From: Craspedostauros australis
Lineage: Eukaryota
Direction: 5' to 3'
Assembly: GCA_030167865.1 (NCBI GenBank)
Contig: JALAGF010005488.1
Coordinates: 1 to 64,000, forward strand
Length of the DNA stretch: 64,000 nucleotides
Numbering within the stretch: the stretch's first letter is position 1; every line of letters begins with the position of its first letter. A program made the translations under genes and the position numbers. The notes beneath the pieces are model-generated. The model was not told the origin of the DNA, did not search any database, and saw nothing but the letters and a program-made list of their open reading frames with translations. Positions 26,259 to 36,953 of this stretch are shown in pieces.

Positions 26259-27254
26259 ATGGTTGCCTGGGGTCGAATATTGATGCTGGGATTTGCGTCC
26301 AATGGACAGCACCAGTCGCAGCACACCCATCAGCACAACAGTCGGTACAGTCAGTACAGCAACCCCCAGCAGCAGTTTCACTCGCCGCTGGTCAGATCGA
26401 CAGCTGCGCCAGCCTTCCTGACACCCAGGATAGCCAAGTCGCATCACCGTTCTGCCGCTCCGGGATACCTCAACGCCGCATTTGCGCAACGAGCCAAGAA
26501 AGCTGACTCCGGCGCCGAAGACAACAGCAGCTCGGAGATCTCGTATCTGGAAAAGGAGGTCGTCGCGGCCAGCCAGGCCAAGGTGGACGTCAAACGATTG
26601 AAGGCCGCCATGGAGGAGGCCGATGTCGACGACACCGGTGTCGCCGATGCCCTCTCGGCCTCCCTCTCGTCGGCGTCCGACTACATCCTCGCCTCCATCG
26701 ACAGCCTCAGCGAGGCATCCGTCGCCGAAGGCATGTCGGCGCAGGACAAGCAACGCCGACGGCGGCAGGTGGAGTCCACCGTGCGCATCCTCGGCGATCG
26801 CACCAAGGTGGCCCTCACATCCGCATTCACGTTCGGAATCGGATCCACCATCGTCACGGACAACATCTACGTCGGCCTCTTCTTCGCCATCATGGTGCTG
26901 TTCCTGGGCAACGCGGACCCCACCAAGGAGGAATCCGTCGCGGGGCCCATCCTGCGCATGATCGGCCGCTTCGTCATCGTCACGGTAGAGATGGCCAGGC
27001 CGAAGGTGCGCGCCATCACGCGTGCTGCCATGACGGACAAAGGGGAGGTGGACGAGCTGCAGGATCGCATACAGGAGCTCGACGATCAGAAGGAGGAGCT
27101 CAGGCAATGGAAGAATCGGAGATTGTTGGCCGAGGAGATGGTCGCCATGTACAAGCTCAAGGAGCTCAAGGACATGGCCAAGGAAAACAGCATTGCCGCG
27201 GACGGGACCAAGATGCAGCTGCTCATTCGACTGCTAGATGAAGGTGTTCTGTAA
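26259..27254 (+). CDS. Membrane protein with two TM helices, a coiled coil and a C-terminal SAP-like domain
   Basis: Hydrophobic pair VALTSAFTFGIG / IYVGLFFAIMVLFLG; heptad stretch VDELQDRIQELDDQKEEL; YKLKELKDMAKENSIAADGTKMQLLIRL fits the SAP consensus. Confidence 0.72.
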   Translation: MVAWGRILMLGFASNGQHQSQHTHQHNSRYSQYSNPQQQFHSPLVRSTAAPAFLTPRIAKSHHRSAAPGYLNAAFAQRAKKADSGAEDNSSSEISYLEKEVVAASQAKVDVKRLKAAMEEADVDDTGVADALSASLSSASDYILASIDSLSEASVAEGMSAQDKQRRRRQVESTVRILGDRTKVALTSAFTFGIGSTIVTDNIYVGLFFAIMVLFLGNADPTKEESVAGPILRMIGRFVIVTVEMARPKVRAITRAAMTDKGEVDELQDRIQELDDQKEELRQWKNRRLLAEEMVAMYKLKELKDMAKENSIAADGTKMQLLIRLLDEGVL

Positions 27255-27599
27255 GCTGGAAGCTCTTGGCCATCGGCTCACTGTACTACTCCTGCTCATC
27301 TTCGTATTCGTACGTTGAATAGTAGATTACGATACTTCGCTCCACCATGCAACGTGCATACGAGTACACTCTGTAGGCTATGCACAGTGTTGCAACACCC
27401 CTCCGGTATGATCTGCTGCATACCATACATCATTCGACAATACAACACAATGCACTGCACTGCACTACAACACACCCTCCTAAACCTAATAATACGCTAT
27501 CCGTCATGTGAATACAGTCACCTACTGCACCAATTCGTACTCCGGCTCAAAGAGTAGAACCCAACGGCAAAGGATAGCATACTTCTTTCCGCCATCAAT

Positions 27600-30500
27600 T
27601 TACTTCTTGCGATTATCACCACCTCTCCTCTTGCCGTTGCCGTTCTTGTTAGGCGCCACCGTCGTTGTCTTTGCCGTGCTGACCACCTTGCGGTTCGTCT
27701 CCGTCATCGCACTTCCAATATTGCCGCTCATCGCTTGATCGCCGCTCCGTTCTTGTCTACCAACCTCATCAGGACTACTGTCGTCGTCATCATCGTCATC
27801 CAACAATTCTCCCGAATCCTGCTTGATGCGATACTCGAGCCCGACCATCATGCGCGGTCCGCCGGCCTGCGTGGACCACAGATCCATCTTGGCACCGCTC
27901 AGGATCTCATCGGTCAAGGTCAGCACGATGCGGGCGATCAGATTGGCGATCTGCGTGCGCACCACGCCGCCACCCAGAATCTTGTGATGCCACTGATCCA
28001 AGATCTTCAACCCTTCGCTCACGTCTTCTGCCGTGGCCTTCACGGCGATTTCGAATTCTTCCGGCTTGGCGCGTCGGTTGTTGAAGCCGCGGCCGGCGAA
28101 GCCAACGTGGTTCATCATGTCAGCCGCCGTGATGGGTTTGAAGGCGAAGGACAGGGTGTGGCCCAGGATCTGGAATTGCAGTCCGTCGAAGAAGTCCGAC
28201 ATCACGTTCGTCGCCAGCGTGATAATGTTGCCCAGCAACGCGCGTTGCCACGCCAGGGGGAACAGCGTTAACAGCGGCGCTGAGATCTGGCAATGCGACA
28301 GCAGCATCTCGGTCACGGCGTCGTGCTGCACGAAGGTCTCATCGCGGTGGTGCCGCCCCTTGGAGCGTCGCCGATGCTTCTTGCTCTTGCGCTTCATCAC
28401 CGTCTTGATGGCCTCCTCGGCGTAATTCTTGGCATCGGGGATGGCATCGTGACCGATAGGAGGCAGGTCCGGAGCTTGCTCCAGGTACAGCCGGATATCG
28501 GAATGCTGCATCACATTCACACCGTGCAACGAAGACAGGATGCGGGCAAGGAAGGACATGGTGGCCTTGCATACTGCCTTGTACGCCGCAGTCTCCACGG
28601 TCTCGCCGATCTTCTCGCCCAGGCTCGGGCCTCCGATCAAGCTCTGACGCAGCAACCAGCTTCCGCCGGAGTTGCTATTCTTGTAGGGAACACTGTCGCC
28701 ATCATTCCAGCTTCCGCCAGCCCCGGATGTTGCTGACGCGTACAGCCTGTGCGCATCCGCCGATGGCGTGAGCAAATCATCTCCGATGGTCTCCTCTTCC
28801 TCTTCGGCTTCGTCAGTGTTCTTCCACAGGTGCGTGTGGTTCATTCGAATCAGTTTTCTGCTCGAGAACACCATGTCAAGGTACTCCTCTACCAAGTCGT
28901 CTGCCGGGAAGTTGAAATCACGAGAAGCCTGCATCGAAGACTCCGAGTCTTTCTCATCCGCTTCTTGCTTTCCCTTTTCCTCCTTCGTTGTAGTTGTCTC
29001 GTAGTTCCATAGCGGGTTAGGTCGACGTTGCAGCACGTCCTTCTCACACACCAGCTTCTGCAAGTCTTCTTGCCCTGCGGTGATCAGTCGGTCAATCTCA
29101 CGCACGCGTTCCATGCGCTCTCTTTCTTCCTTCGCCATTTCTTCGCGGCGGCGACGTTCTTCTTCCCATCGCACCTTCATCTCCAGCAGACGCTGCTGCT
29201 GCAGCCGCAGATCCTCTGCGACGTTGACATCGAGTTGGTCCTGATCAATTTCTTCCTCCTTCGATGATAAATCCGATGCTGAGGCGGATGTGATGGCATC
29301 AGCATTATTGCCGTTCCCGCGTGATGCTTCATCGACAGCTGGCGAAGCATCGTCGAGGGATGCAACGTCCCTCGTCGCACCTCTTCGTCGGAATAGCCCC
29401 CTGCGGGCCTTCTTCCGCCTCTGATTCTCGGCCTGAATGGCACGTTCGACGCCAGCACGCGCTCTGTCGATGGCAGCGATGCGGTTGCGAATGGATTCGA
29501 TCGTTGCATTGGTTGGCAGCGAGGTCTCCAGGGTGGTTGGGATATTCGTGCCAATGCTGGCTGCGCTCTCATGTGGTTTCCCACTCATGACACCGTGCAG
29601 ACCGGTCAACTTGGCTGAGAACTTGCGGATGGGCCGGATGTTGCGTGACAGCCGTAGCAACGGCACCCGCTTGGACAATCCCAAGGAGAGAACGGCATCC
29701 ACTGTTTGCCAAGCACCAGATGACGTCCACGGACTCTCGCTTTTGGGCGGCGACTGTGGGTAAGACGAGATTGCGGAGAGACTTTGCGAGCTGACATCCT
29801 TTCCTGGCGTCGCTGCCGTCGTCGTTTTCGCTGCTGCTGTCGTGGCAAGTGCGTCAGAATCATCAGTGACATTGCCCTGCGTGGCAGTCACTGCTTGTTG
29901 TCCGGTCGTCGTGACAGTTCGTGCGTCTGTGTCTGCCTCTGCCTCTGACTTTGCGTATGGTGACGTCAAGGTGGTGTTCCCAGCGAATTCATTTGTGTTG
30001 ATAATGTCAGCGCCATCGACAACTTCGGAGTCTTCGGATGGTTGCACGTCGTCCTTTTCATCCACAAGTGAATCCTCATCCTTAGTGCTGCCATTCTCCT
30101 CTTCCTTCTGCTTCATCAATGCTGAATTGTGGGTAGGATCGACAGCTGCGTTAGCAGATTCTGCACTCTCGCCTGAGGCTGTTTCGTCTTCGGCCTCCAC
30201 ATCCTGCGATGGTGCATCATTTGGACCCGAGGATCTACCTACGTCGGTCTCGTCTTCGCTTTCATCTGCATCTGCATGTGCATCGACATCCACATCTTCC
30301 TTTACGTTAGCAACTGAGGATTTCGGTTCTTTGTTGCTGTTGTTGCTGTTGTTGCTGTCGGTGATCTTGTTTTTGTTCTTGTGCTTACCACCAGTATTGT
30401 TCTGCCGAGAAGACTGCGATTTTGATTGCTGCGCATCGATGTTTGTCATATTGCTGTTGCCATTGGTGATTGTGGTTGGTCGATTTTTGCGGCGGGACTT

Positions 30501-31376
30501 CTTCTTGCCTCGTTTGGATTCGACGCTAGTCGCACCCCCCACCAGTGCAGGTTTTGAATTTGCAGCATCTATTCCCAAGGCCTCCTCGTCCGACGATTCT
30601 TCGTCGTAAATGGTCGCATCATCATCACCAGTTCGTGGCTCAGCTTGGCTTTCGCCATCCATGCTATCTTCTGATACCGACATCGTTGTCGATGGCGATG
30701 CCGTTTCAGAGTCTGTAGCAACACTCACAAGTACTTCGTCTTCATCCTCTGACATTACCTCCAACACCTGTTCGTGCTGTTGTTTCTGATCGGAGGAGGA
30801 GGAGGAAGAACCAAAGATCCATCGGAAGAACGATTTTGATTTTCTGTTTGGATCTTTTCTCGACTTCGACTCTGATGTGTATTCGTCGTCGGCATCCTCC
30901 TCCATTTGATCTTCAGCTGCTGTGCTTTGATCATCAGCATCTCTCAATCCATCATCGCCATCATCAATAGCAATCATATCGTGACTTGACGACTCTGCTT
31001 CTTTGTTTCCAGCTTTGTTTCCAACTTTGTTGCCATCGTCATCACTGTCACTGCTGACCTTGTCATCGTTATTGACAACCTTCGCGCCACCTCTCGGTAC
31101 CACCTGCATGGATGGTGTGATCTCACGCATTATTGATCCGCCTCGTGTGTCAGAGGGAACGCCAACGCAATCAAGATTGGGCCTTGAACCCACAAAGGCT
31201 CGCATCCTCGGTGTCTCTGTGATCGCCTCTGCCATGCAGACCACCGACATCAAAAGCGGCATCAGCAGCAGAGCCATTGATTGCACCATCGTGGAAGATG
31301 GAACGGAACGGCGGCGTCGGTTGCTTCTGGTGAGTAATCGTGAGCCGCCCATTGCCGGACATGCTTGTCTCTGCAT
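27600..31376 (-). CDS. Large hypothetical protein (1258 aa): signal-peptide-like N-terminus, long acidic low-complexity region, coiled coil, globular C-terminus
   Basis: Uninterrupted 3.8-kb ORF with coding-like composition; hydrophobic MALLLMPLLMSVVCMA; function not recognised. Confidence 0.8.
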   Translation of the reverse strand: MQRQACPAMGGSRLLTRSNRRRRSVPSSTMVQSMALLLMPLLMSVVCMAEAITETPRMRAFVGSRPNLDCVGVPSDTRGGSIMREITPSMQVVPRGGAKVVNNDDKVSSDSDDDGNKVGNKAGNKEAESSSHDMIAIDDGDDGLRDADDQSTAAEDQMEEDADDEYTSESKSRKDPNRKSKSFFRWIFGSSSSSSDQKQQHEQVLEVMSEDEDEVLVSVATDSETASPSTTMSVSEDSMDGESQAEPRTGDDDATIYDEESSDEEALGIDAANSKPALVGGATSVESKRGKKKSRRKNRPTTITNGNSNMTNIDAQQSKSQSSRQNNTGGKHKNKNKITDSNNSNNSNKEPKSSVANVKEDVDVDAHADADESEDETDVGRSSGPNDAPSQDVEAEDETASGESAESANAAVDPTHNSALMKQKEEENGSTKDEDSLVDEKDDVQPSEDSEVVDGADIINTNEFAGNTTLTSPYAKSEAEADTDARTVTTTGQQAVTATQGNVTDDSDALATTAAAKTTTAATPGKDVSSQSLSAISSYPQSPPKSESPWTSSGAWQTVDAVLSLGLSKRVPLLRLSRNIRPIRKFSAKLTGLHGVMSGKPHESAASIGTNIPTTLETSLPTNATIESIRNRIAAIDRARAGVERAIQAENQRRKKARRGLFRRRGATRDVASLDDASPAVDEASRGNGNNADAITSASASDLSSKEEEIDQDQLDVNVAEDLRLQQQRLLEMKVRWEEERRRREEMAKEERERMERVREIDRLITAGQEDLQKLVCEKDVLQRRPNPLWNYETTTTKEEKGKQEADEKDSESSMQASRDFNFPADDLVEEYLDMVFSSRKLIRMNHTHLWKNTDEAEEEEETIGDDLLTPSADAHRLYASATSGAGGSWNDGDSVPYKNSNSGGSWLLRQSLIGGPSLGEKIGETVETAAYKAVCKATMSFLARILSSLHGVNVMQHSDIRLYLEQAPDLPPIGHDAIPDAKNYAEEAIKTVMKRKSKKHRRRSKGRHHRDETFVQHDAVTEMLLSHCQISAPLLTLFPLAWQRALLGNIITLATNVMSDFFDGLQFQILGHTLSFAFKPITAADMMNHVGFAGRGFNNRRAKPEEFEIAVKATAEDVSEGLKILDQWHHKILGGGVVRTQIANLIARIVLTLTDEILSGAKMDLWSTQAGGPRMMVGLEYRIKQDSGELLDDDDDDDSSPDEVGRQERSGDQAMSGNIGSAMTETNRKVVSTAKTTTVAPNKNGNGKRRGGDNRKK

Positions 31377-32207
31377 CGTGCTGTTTCTCTTTCTGTGCCG
31401 TTGGCTGATTGGTTGACTGGTCGACTGGTTATGTCTCTTCGTATCTTCCCGTCTCTTTCATTCCTCGGTCTCGTTGGTTGTGTGAGTTGTTGCTCGATAC
31501 TGTGAATGAGTGGGAGTGCAGGTATGAGGACGAACAGGTGCTCTTGTCACCTCGACAATGCGCTTGGTGCTCGCTCTGTCTTCCTGTTCGGATCAATTCC
31601 TCTCCCACTCGCAGGTATACTTCTCTTGATTTCTCTTCCGATCGTCACGACAGATGGAAGTTGCGCGCACAAACCTCAATTCTTCCTGATTTGAACCTGG
31701 AATGAGACGCGGTGACGCAGACGCGGCTGGGTGCCTCCATTTGGCGTTTTGAAAGTGTCACATGTCGCCGACAGTTGAAGTTGACGGATGGTGTCGTCAT
31801 TTCATTCCGAGTGGTCACGATGCACAACAACAAATATACTACACAACACAGATGTACTAATAATGGTATCTAATATATAGTATACTTAAAGAGGAATTCG
31901 CGCCACAAACAAGGCGAATGTGTGTCGTGTGTGGTCTGCCTGCTCGTGAATCGTGACAAACGACTCATGTGGAGAACGGCACAAAAAACACGAGATGGGG
32001 CGTACAAGCCACGATGATCTACTGGCACGAGTCTCGTTTGGTGTCACGCTGAAAGCCACAACGGCGCCATCTTCGACTTCTGCACATTTCTCGGGCGTCC
32101 ATTGATCGTTCTTGGAACGACCAACAATCCAACACCCAGCATCAACCATCTTCGGCTTGAAGGTGCAGAGAACAGGAGAGATAACACCCCTGTGCACGAC
32201 CTTCATC

Positions 32208-34652
32208 ATGGCGAGTCAGTCAGGGATGTTCCTGCGTTCAAAGGATCGCGAAGCCCTGATCAACGAGCTCAACGCCAATGGACGCAATTCCAAACACAAG
32301 ACCGGCGGAGGGAAGCCGGGCAACAACCACATGACGAAGGGGTCATCATCTGCATCATCGCCATCAATAGTGAAGGACGTAGCAGAAGGAGACAAGCGCC
32401 ATCATAAGCACGGACACAAGCACGGACACAAGCACGGACACAAGCACGGACACAACCACAGCCGCAAGCATAAGCACAGGCACAAGCATATGCACAATGC
32501 CAATGATGAGACGAAGACGAAGAAACCGAGCAGCCAAAACTCCACGCAGGATGATGGCAACGAGGAAGAAGAGGACGATACCTTTGGAACCGGCTGTTTG
32601 GCGTGTGGCAATGATAATGACCACGCCAACATCTTGCTGTGCGAACGATGCAACGCCGAGTACCATACCTACTGCCTCGATCCCCCGCTCAAATCGATAC
32701 CAAAGGGTGACTGGTTTTGCGGTGAGTCCATGGAATCAGGGCATGTGCACACCTCCGCTTACATGCTGTTGTATGCATTGTGACATATGATATTATATCT
32801 CGGGAACCACACACGAATACTCAGTGCGGTTGGTGTACACGCAGAGCGCACGAGAATCATCAGGAATATCAAATTCAGACGGAAATCGTATTACTCTGCA
32901 TCTTTGCAATGCTTGGATGGTTCAGGCACGATCATGTTGCTCACACCTACCGCTATCTCTCCACTTGTGCGATGTCCTACCGTCCACACGAATGCATCTT
33001 GATTGTTCTGCTCCAATCCAACCCCCTGTCTTCTTCGCCGTCACCATACTCGTTCCCACATGAACATGCAACGTGCAACGTGCAACTTTGACCACCGACA
33101 CACTGCAGACAAATGTAAGGCATGGGCCAAAGCGATCGGGGCCGACGACGGTCTGGACAAGCTCGTTAATGCGCTGTCGCCGACATTCACATCGCGGTTC
33201 GGGGAGGTCTGCTGGGCGCAGGGCGGCACCGGTTTTGGCTGGTGGCCATCTTTCATCTACGATCCGAGACTGACCATCGGGAATGCGCGGCAGCTGGCGA
33301 GAAAGAACCTGGGCAAGCGCCATCTCGTCTACTTCTTTGCCTGCCACGACACGCCCTTCACCGTCCTGCCAAACTCTAAGATCACGAAGTGGGAGACGGG
33401 GCTCATCGATGACTATCATCTGGGAAAGACGGCGAAAGCCACGGGGAAGCCACGCATGACTCTCTTCTTGCAGGCCATGCAATCCGCGATGGTCGAAGGT
33501 GGCAAACCGATAGAAATGCGGATGGATTTCAATCACACGGAGCAGGCGCAGATATTGCCGCTGCCAAAGCCGACCGTCGCGGCGGCGAATGATGAAGCAG
33601 GTGCATCTCCTCGAAAGGGATCAAAGGCTTCTCACAGTCAAGGAGGAAGGAACGGAACCACTCAAGAATTGAGCGATGATGACAGCCCGACAGCCTCTTC
33701 ATCATCGTCGTCACGAACGTCATCGTCCTCCTCTTCTGTCTCGTCACGGGAAACCTTCCCATCCAATGGCAGGGGCAAACAGCGAAAATCAAGCTCAGGC
33801 GGCTCACAGAAACACGATGAGAAGAGGAGCCGAAAACGGAGCAAAGGCAGGAAATCAATCTCCTCGTCGAAGCGGCAGAAACGATCATCGTCACAATCAC
33901 CTCAACTCATCACGGGCGACGCCACCCCCATCGAATCCGGGGAGGATAATTCATTGTACTGCAAGCTTCTCAAGAGAATGGCGGATGCGCCTGGTCCACT
34001 TACCGCCGGTGCAGTACAAACGAGGACACAACCACAGCTGCCAGCACAATCAAAGCAACCACAGTCGCCACAGCTGCAGTCGCGACCGTGGGCCCCAAAC
34101 CAGTATCCCAGCAATGATGATCTTTTTGCGAACATCGGCTTCGTCAAATTGGAGTCGAAAAAGACCGCAACCTTCGTCGATGCGCGGCGCGCCATACAGA
34201 AGGAGCTCGTTCCGGACGGCGTCGTCACTTGCAATTCATGGCGATTCTACATTCCATCCCTGGGCCCGGTCAGTTCGCGTCAGGAGGAGACCCTTGGCCC
34301 CATCCTGGAGCTCTGCCGCCGGCCGGCCTCAACGTCGGACTACCATCTTGGCCACGGCACGTTCGCAGATCCTCTCAAGCTCGTGATCCTGGATTTCGTC
34401 CAAACACCAGTCGACGCGCCAATATCGAAAATTGCGATGGCCAAGAAGGCGACGGCTGTCACAGTTGAAGAGGTAAGAAACACCGTTGCCATCAACCAAA
34501 AGAAGGAAGACAGAAATACCGAGTTGGTCAGCCCAAAGGCCGCGCTCCCAGTGAAAGATGTAACCGCAGACAAAGCCACGGACCACGCACCAACAGGCAA
34601 CGCAACCACGAGCACTGTGCAGCCATCGCAGACAGTTACAGCCGAGAAGTGA
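32208..34652 (+). CDS. PHD-finger plus PWWP-domain chromatin reader; exons 32208-32721, 33109-34652
   Basis: PHD C4HC3 (CLAC...LLCERC...YHTYCL...WFC-DKC across intron 32722-33108); PWWP-like FGEVCWAQ...FGWWPSFI...LVYFF. Confidence 0.88.
32406..32453 (+). repeat. Coding 12-bp tandem repeat (AAGCACGGACAC) x4 encoding (KHGH)n
   Basis: Read directly; lies in exon 1 of the PHD-PWWP gene. Confidence 0.9.
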
Positions 34653-34687
34653 AGAGGATCAGTGTGGGTATGCAAGGGCAGTATCGA

Positions 34688-34738
34688 AAATGGTCAGGCA
34701 TTCAGAGTTGTGTGGTTGCTCTGAACGCCTGACCATTT
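34688..34738. repeat. Inverted repeat with 20-bp arms (19/20 match) and 11-nt loop, between convergent 3' ends
   Basis: AAATGGTCAGGCATTCAGAG (34688-34707) versus CTCTGAACGCCTGACCATTT (34719-34738). Confidence 0.85.
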
Positions 34739-34968
34739 ACATTCAATCGTATCTTGACGGATCGCGCTACAGGCTACGCCAGGTCTGACTTTGTGCAATG
34801 CCTTACGCGTATGGATGAGATCTCAGGGAAACATAGAATGACACGCGACTGTCACGTAGATTCGTGTGTCGTATCTCTGTACGTTCACTCTCTCTCTCTC
34901 TCTAAACTATTGGGAAGTGCAAGCACGTTCTCTGGCACTCTCTAGTATCAGTCTAATTGCCATCAACG

Positions 34969-36953
34969 TCATGTGGCCTTTGGCTGCACCCAATCTTCGG
35001 GAACGAAACTATCCGAGATGATCTCACGGTGACAGGACCAAACCAACTGGATAGCCTCTGGCGTTCCGATGCCGCAACCGCGCGGGTCACCGGCGGGCCC
35101 AAACCAATGATTCTGTGGCGCCCCTGTAGTGCGCGCGCGACGGCCAGCGTACGTTGTACCATTGACCGTATTTGCGAGGATCTTGGTCTGGAAGGCAGGG
35201 TCGTTGGAGACTACAGCTGCCGTCAGATGGTGAGACACGCCTTCCAATGCCTCCAGCACGACATCCACGTTGCTGTCGTTGTAGTAGGTAACCACTTGGA
35301 ACGGCGCGAAATACTCGGTCACGCAGGTCTCAAAGTGATCCGGTTTCATCATTTCCTCCAGCGGGACGAAGACGGCGGTTGGCTCGACCGCTCCGTACTT
35401 GTCCGGGATGTTGTGACCCGTCACAGCTTTGCCACCCCAAAGAACGGATGCGCCTGGGATGCTCGACAGTCTCTTTGTGTGGTCCAACAGCTCTTGCGTC
35501 GAAACTGTCAGCACGGGGCCGTTCGTGAAATCATCGAATGATCGTTTGGACGCGAGAGCCTTCATCTTGTCCAACAGACCAACCTCCTTCCAATTTTCAT
35601 GAACGAAGCAGATGGACTGAGCTGAGCACTTTTGACCGATCGTGGCATACGCGTCTTGATCACACTGCCACGCCACGTAATCCACATCGTCGACGTCAGG
35701 TCCGATGACTTTCCAGTCGAAACCGGCATCCTCGAGCACGACCTTGCCGTTCGTGGCTTGGGACAGCAGTTCGCCCACGCGAGAAGATCCCGTGAACTGC
35801 GTCAACCGAACGGGAGTATCGACGATGAGCTCCTGAGCGACAGGTCCCTTGCAGTTGAGCAAATCCACGTCCGCCGGGTCCATCCCACAGTCGATGAGAA
35901 GGCGGATGAACTGTTCCATCACGATGGACACCTGTTCCGACGGCTTCAGCACCGGCTTGTTCCCCATGAACAGCGCTCCCATCAGCTGCAGCACGGGGAT
36001 CTCAAGAGGGAAGTTGAACGGTGTCACCAATGCCACAGGTCCATAAGGCCAGCGATGACCGATGGACATTTGGCCGTAATGATCGCCAGGCACGCCGAAC
36101 GACTTGGCCAGCCGACGGACGTTGTCGCCGCCGAAGTTGTTGAGAAACGCGGCGGTGACCATCACCTCCCCCCGGGCCTGGCCATGGGATTTTGGCACGC
36201 ACTTCATGATGGTCTGCGCAAAGTACTCTGCGACGTCAGGTTGGGACAGAGCATGTCCAGCCTGCAATGCCCATGATGGAGAAAGAGAGCAATGGCGATC
36301 AGAATAGATGATGGAATCGGATGAAAACCAACGGAGTGAGTGCCGCGGATGGTATACAAGAGTGTTTTGTGGACGAATGCATGATGGACGGCAGATGCTG
36401 GCTGCATCTCACAATGCCATACTCGGACGTCGACTGGCACAACAGTCGTCAGTGTCACAGTTGTGGACAGATGACGTGCACAAGGCAGGTTGCAATTTCA
36501 TAGCATGTATTATGACAATACATTTGCATCACTCACAAGTCGACTGATCTCTCCGTACTGCAAGTATCGATCTGGATTCTTCAGAGGGTTGTGCATCCCT
36601 GACTTGGGCACTTTGCGTAGGCTTTCGACAAATGGTGCCAACTCGTCGACTTGCGTGTCAGGGGTCGTAAAGATGGGCGGCGCATCCTTGTTGGTTGGAT
36701 CAGGAATGCTCATCGATGCTTTGGCCGGCGTCCATTGGCCATCGACCAAGTTTTGCATGTGGTAAGGCTCGGTATCCACACCCATCGCTGATGGATCCAC
36801 GGTTGCCCACGATGGAACAGTCACGCCAGCCAGAGAGGCAAAGTGCGCAGAGAAGGCGCCTTGTCCGGGGCCATACCTTGCGAACACTCGGCGTGCTGAT
36901 GCACCACTTGATGCCAAACGCGCAGCTTTCAGCAAGGAGGAAGATTGCAACAT
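34969..36953 (-). CDS. ALDH12: Delta-1-pyrroline-5-carboxylate dehydrogenase, ALDH12 (plant-type), mitochondrial; exons 36953-36537, 36261-34969
   Basis: TPFNFPLEIP, FTGSS, catalytic LEDAGFDWK and GQKCSAQS, TTGAPQNHWFGPAGDPRG; mitochondrial-type presequence MLQSSSLLKAARL; intron 36262-36536. Confidence 0.93.

Noticed and set aside
26187..27107. 306-aa minus-strand ORF, and similar antisense ORFs such as 45245-46135, 47996-48898 and 49055-49918
   Set aside because: They lie opposite well-supported genes and have shadow-like composition.
24884..32453. Short tandem repeats considered as CRISPR-like arrays
   Set aside because: Units are 9-12 bp and contiguous, with no spacers and no cas genes; the context is eukaryotic.
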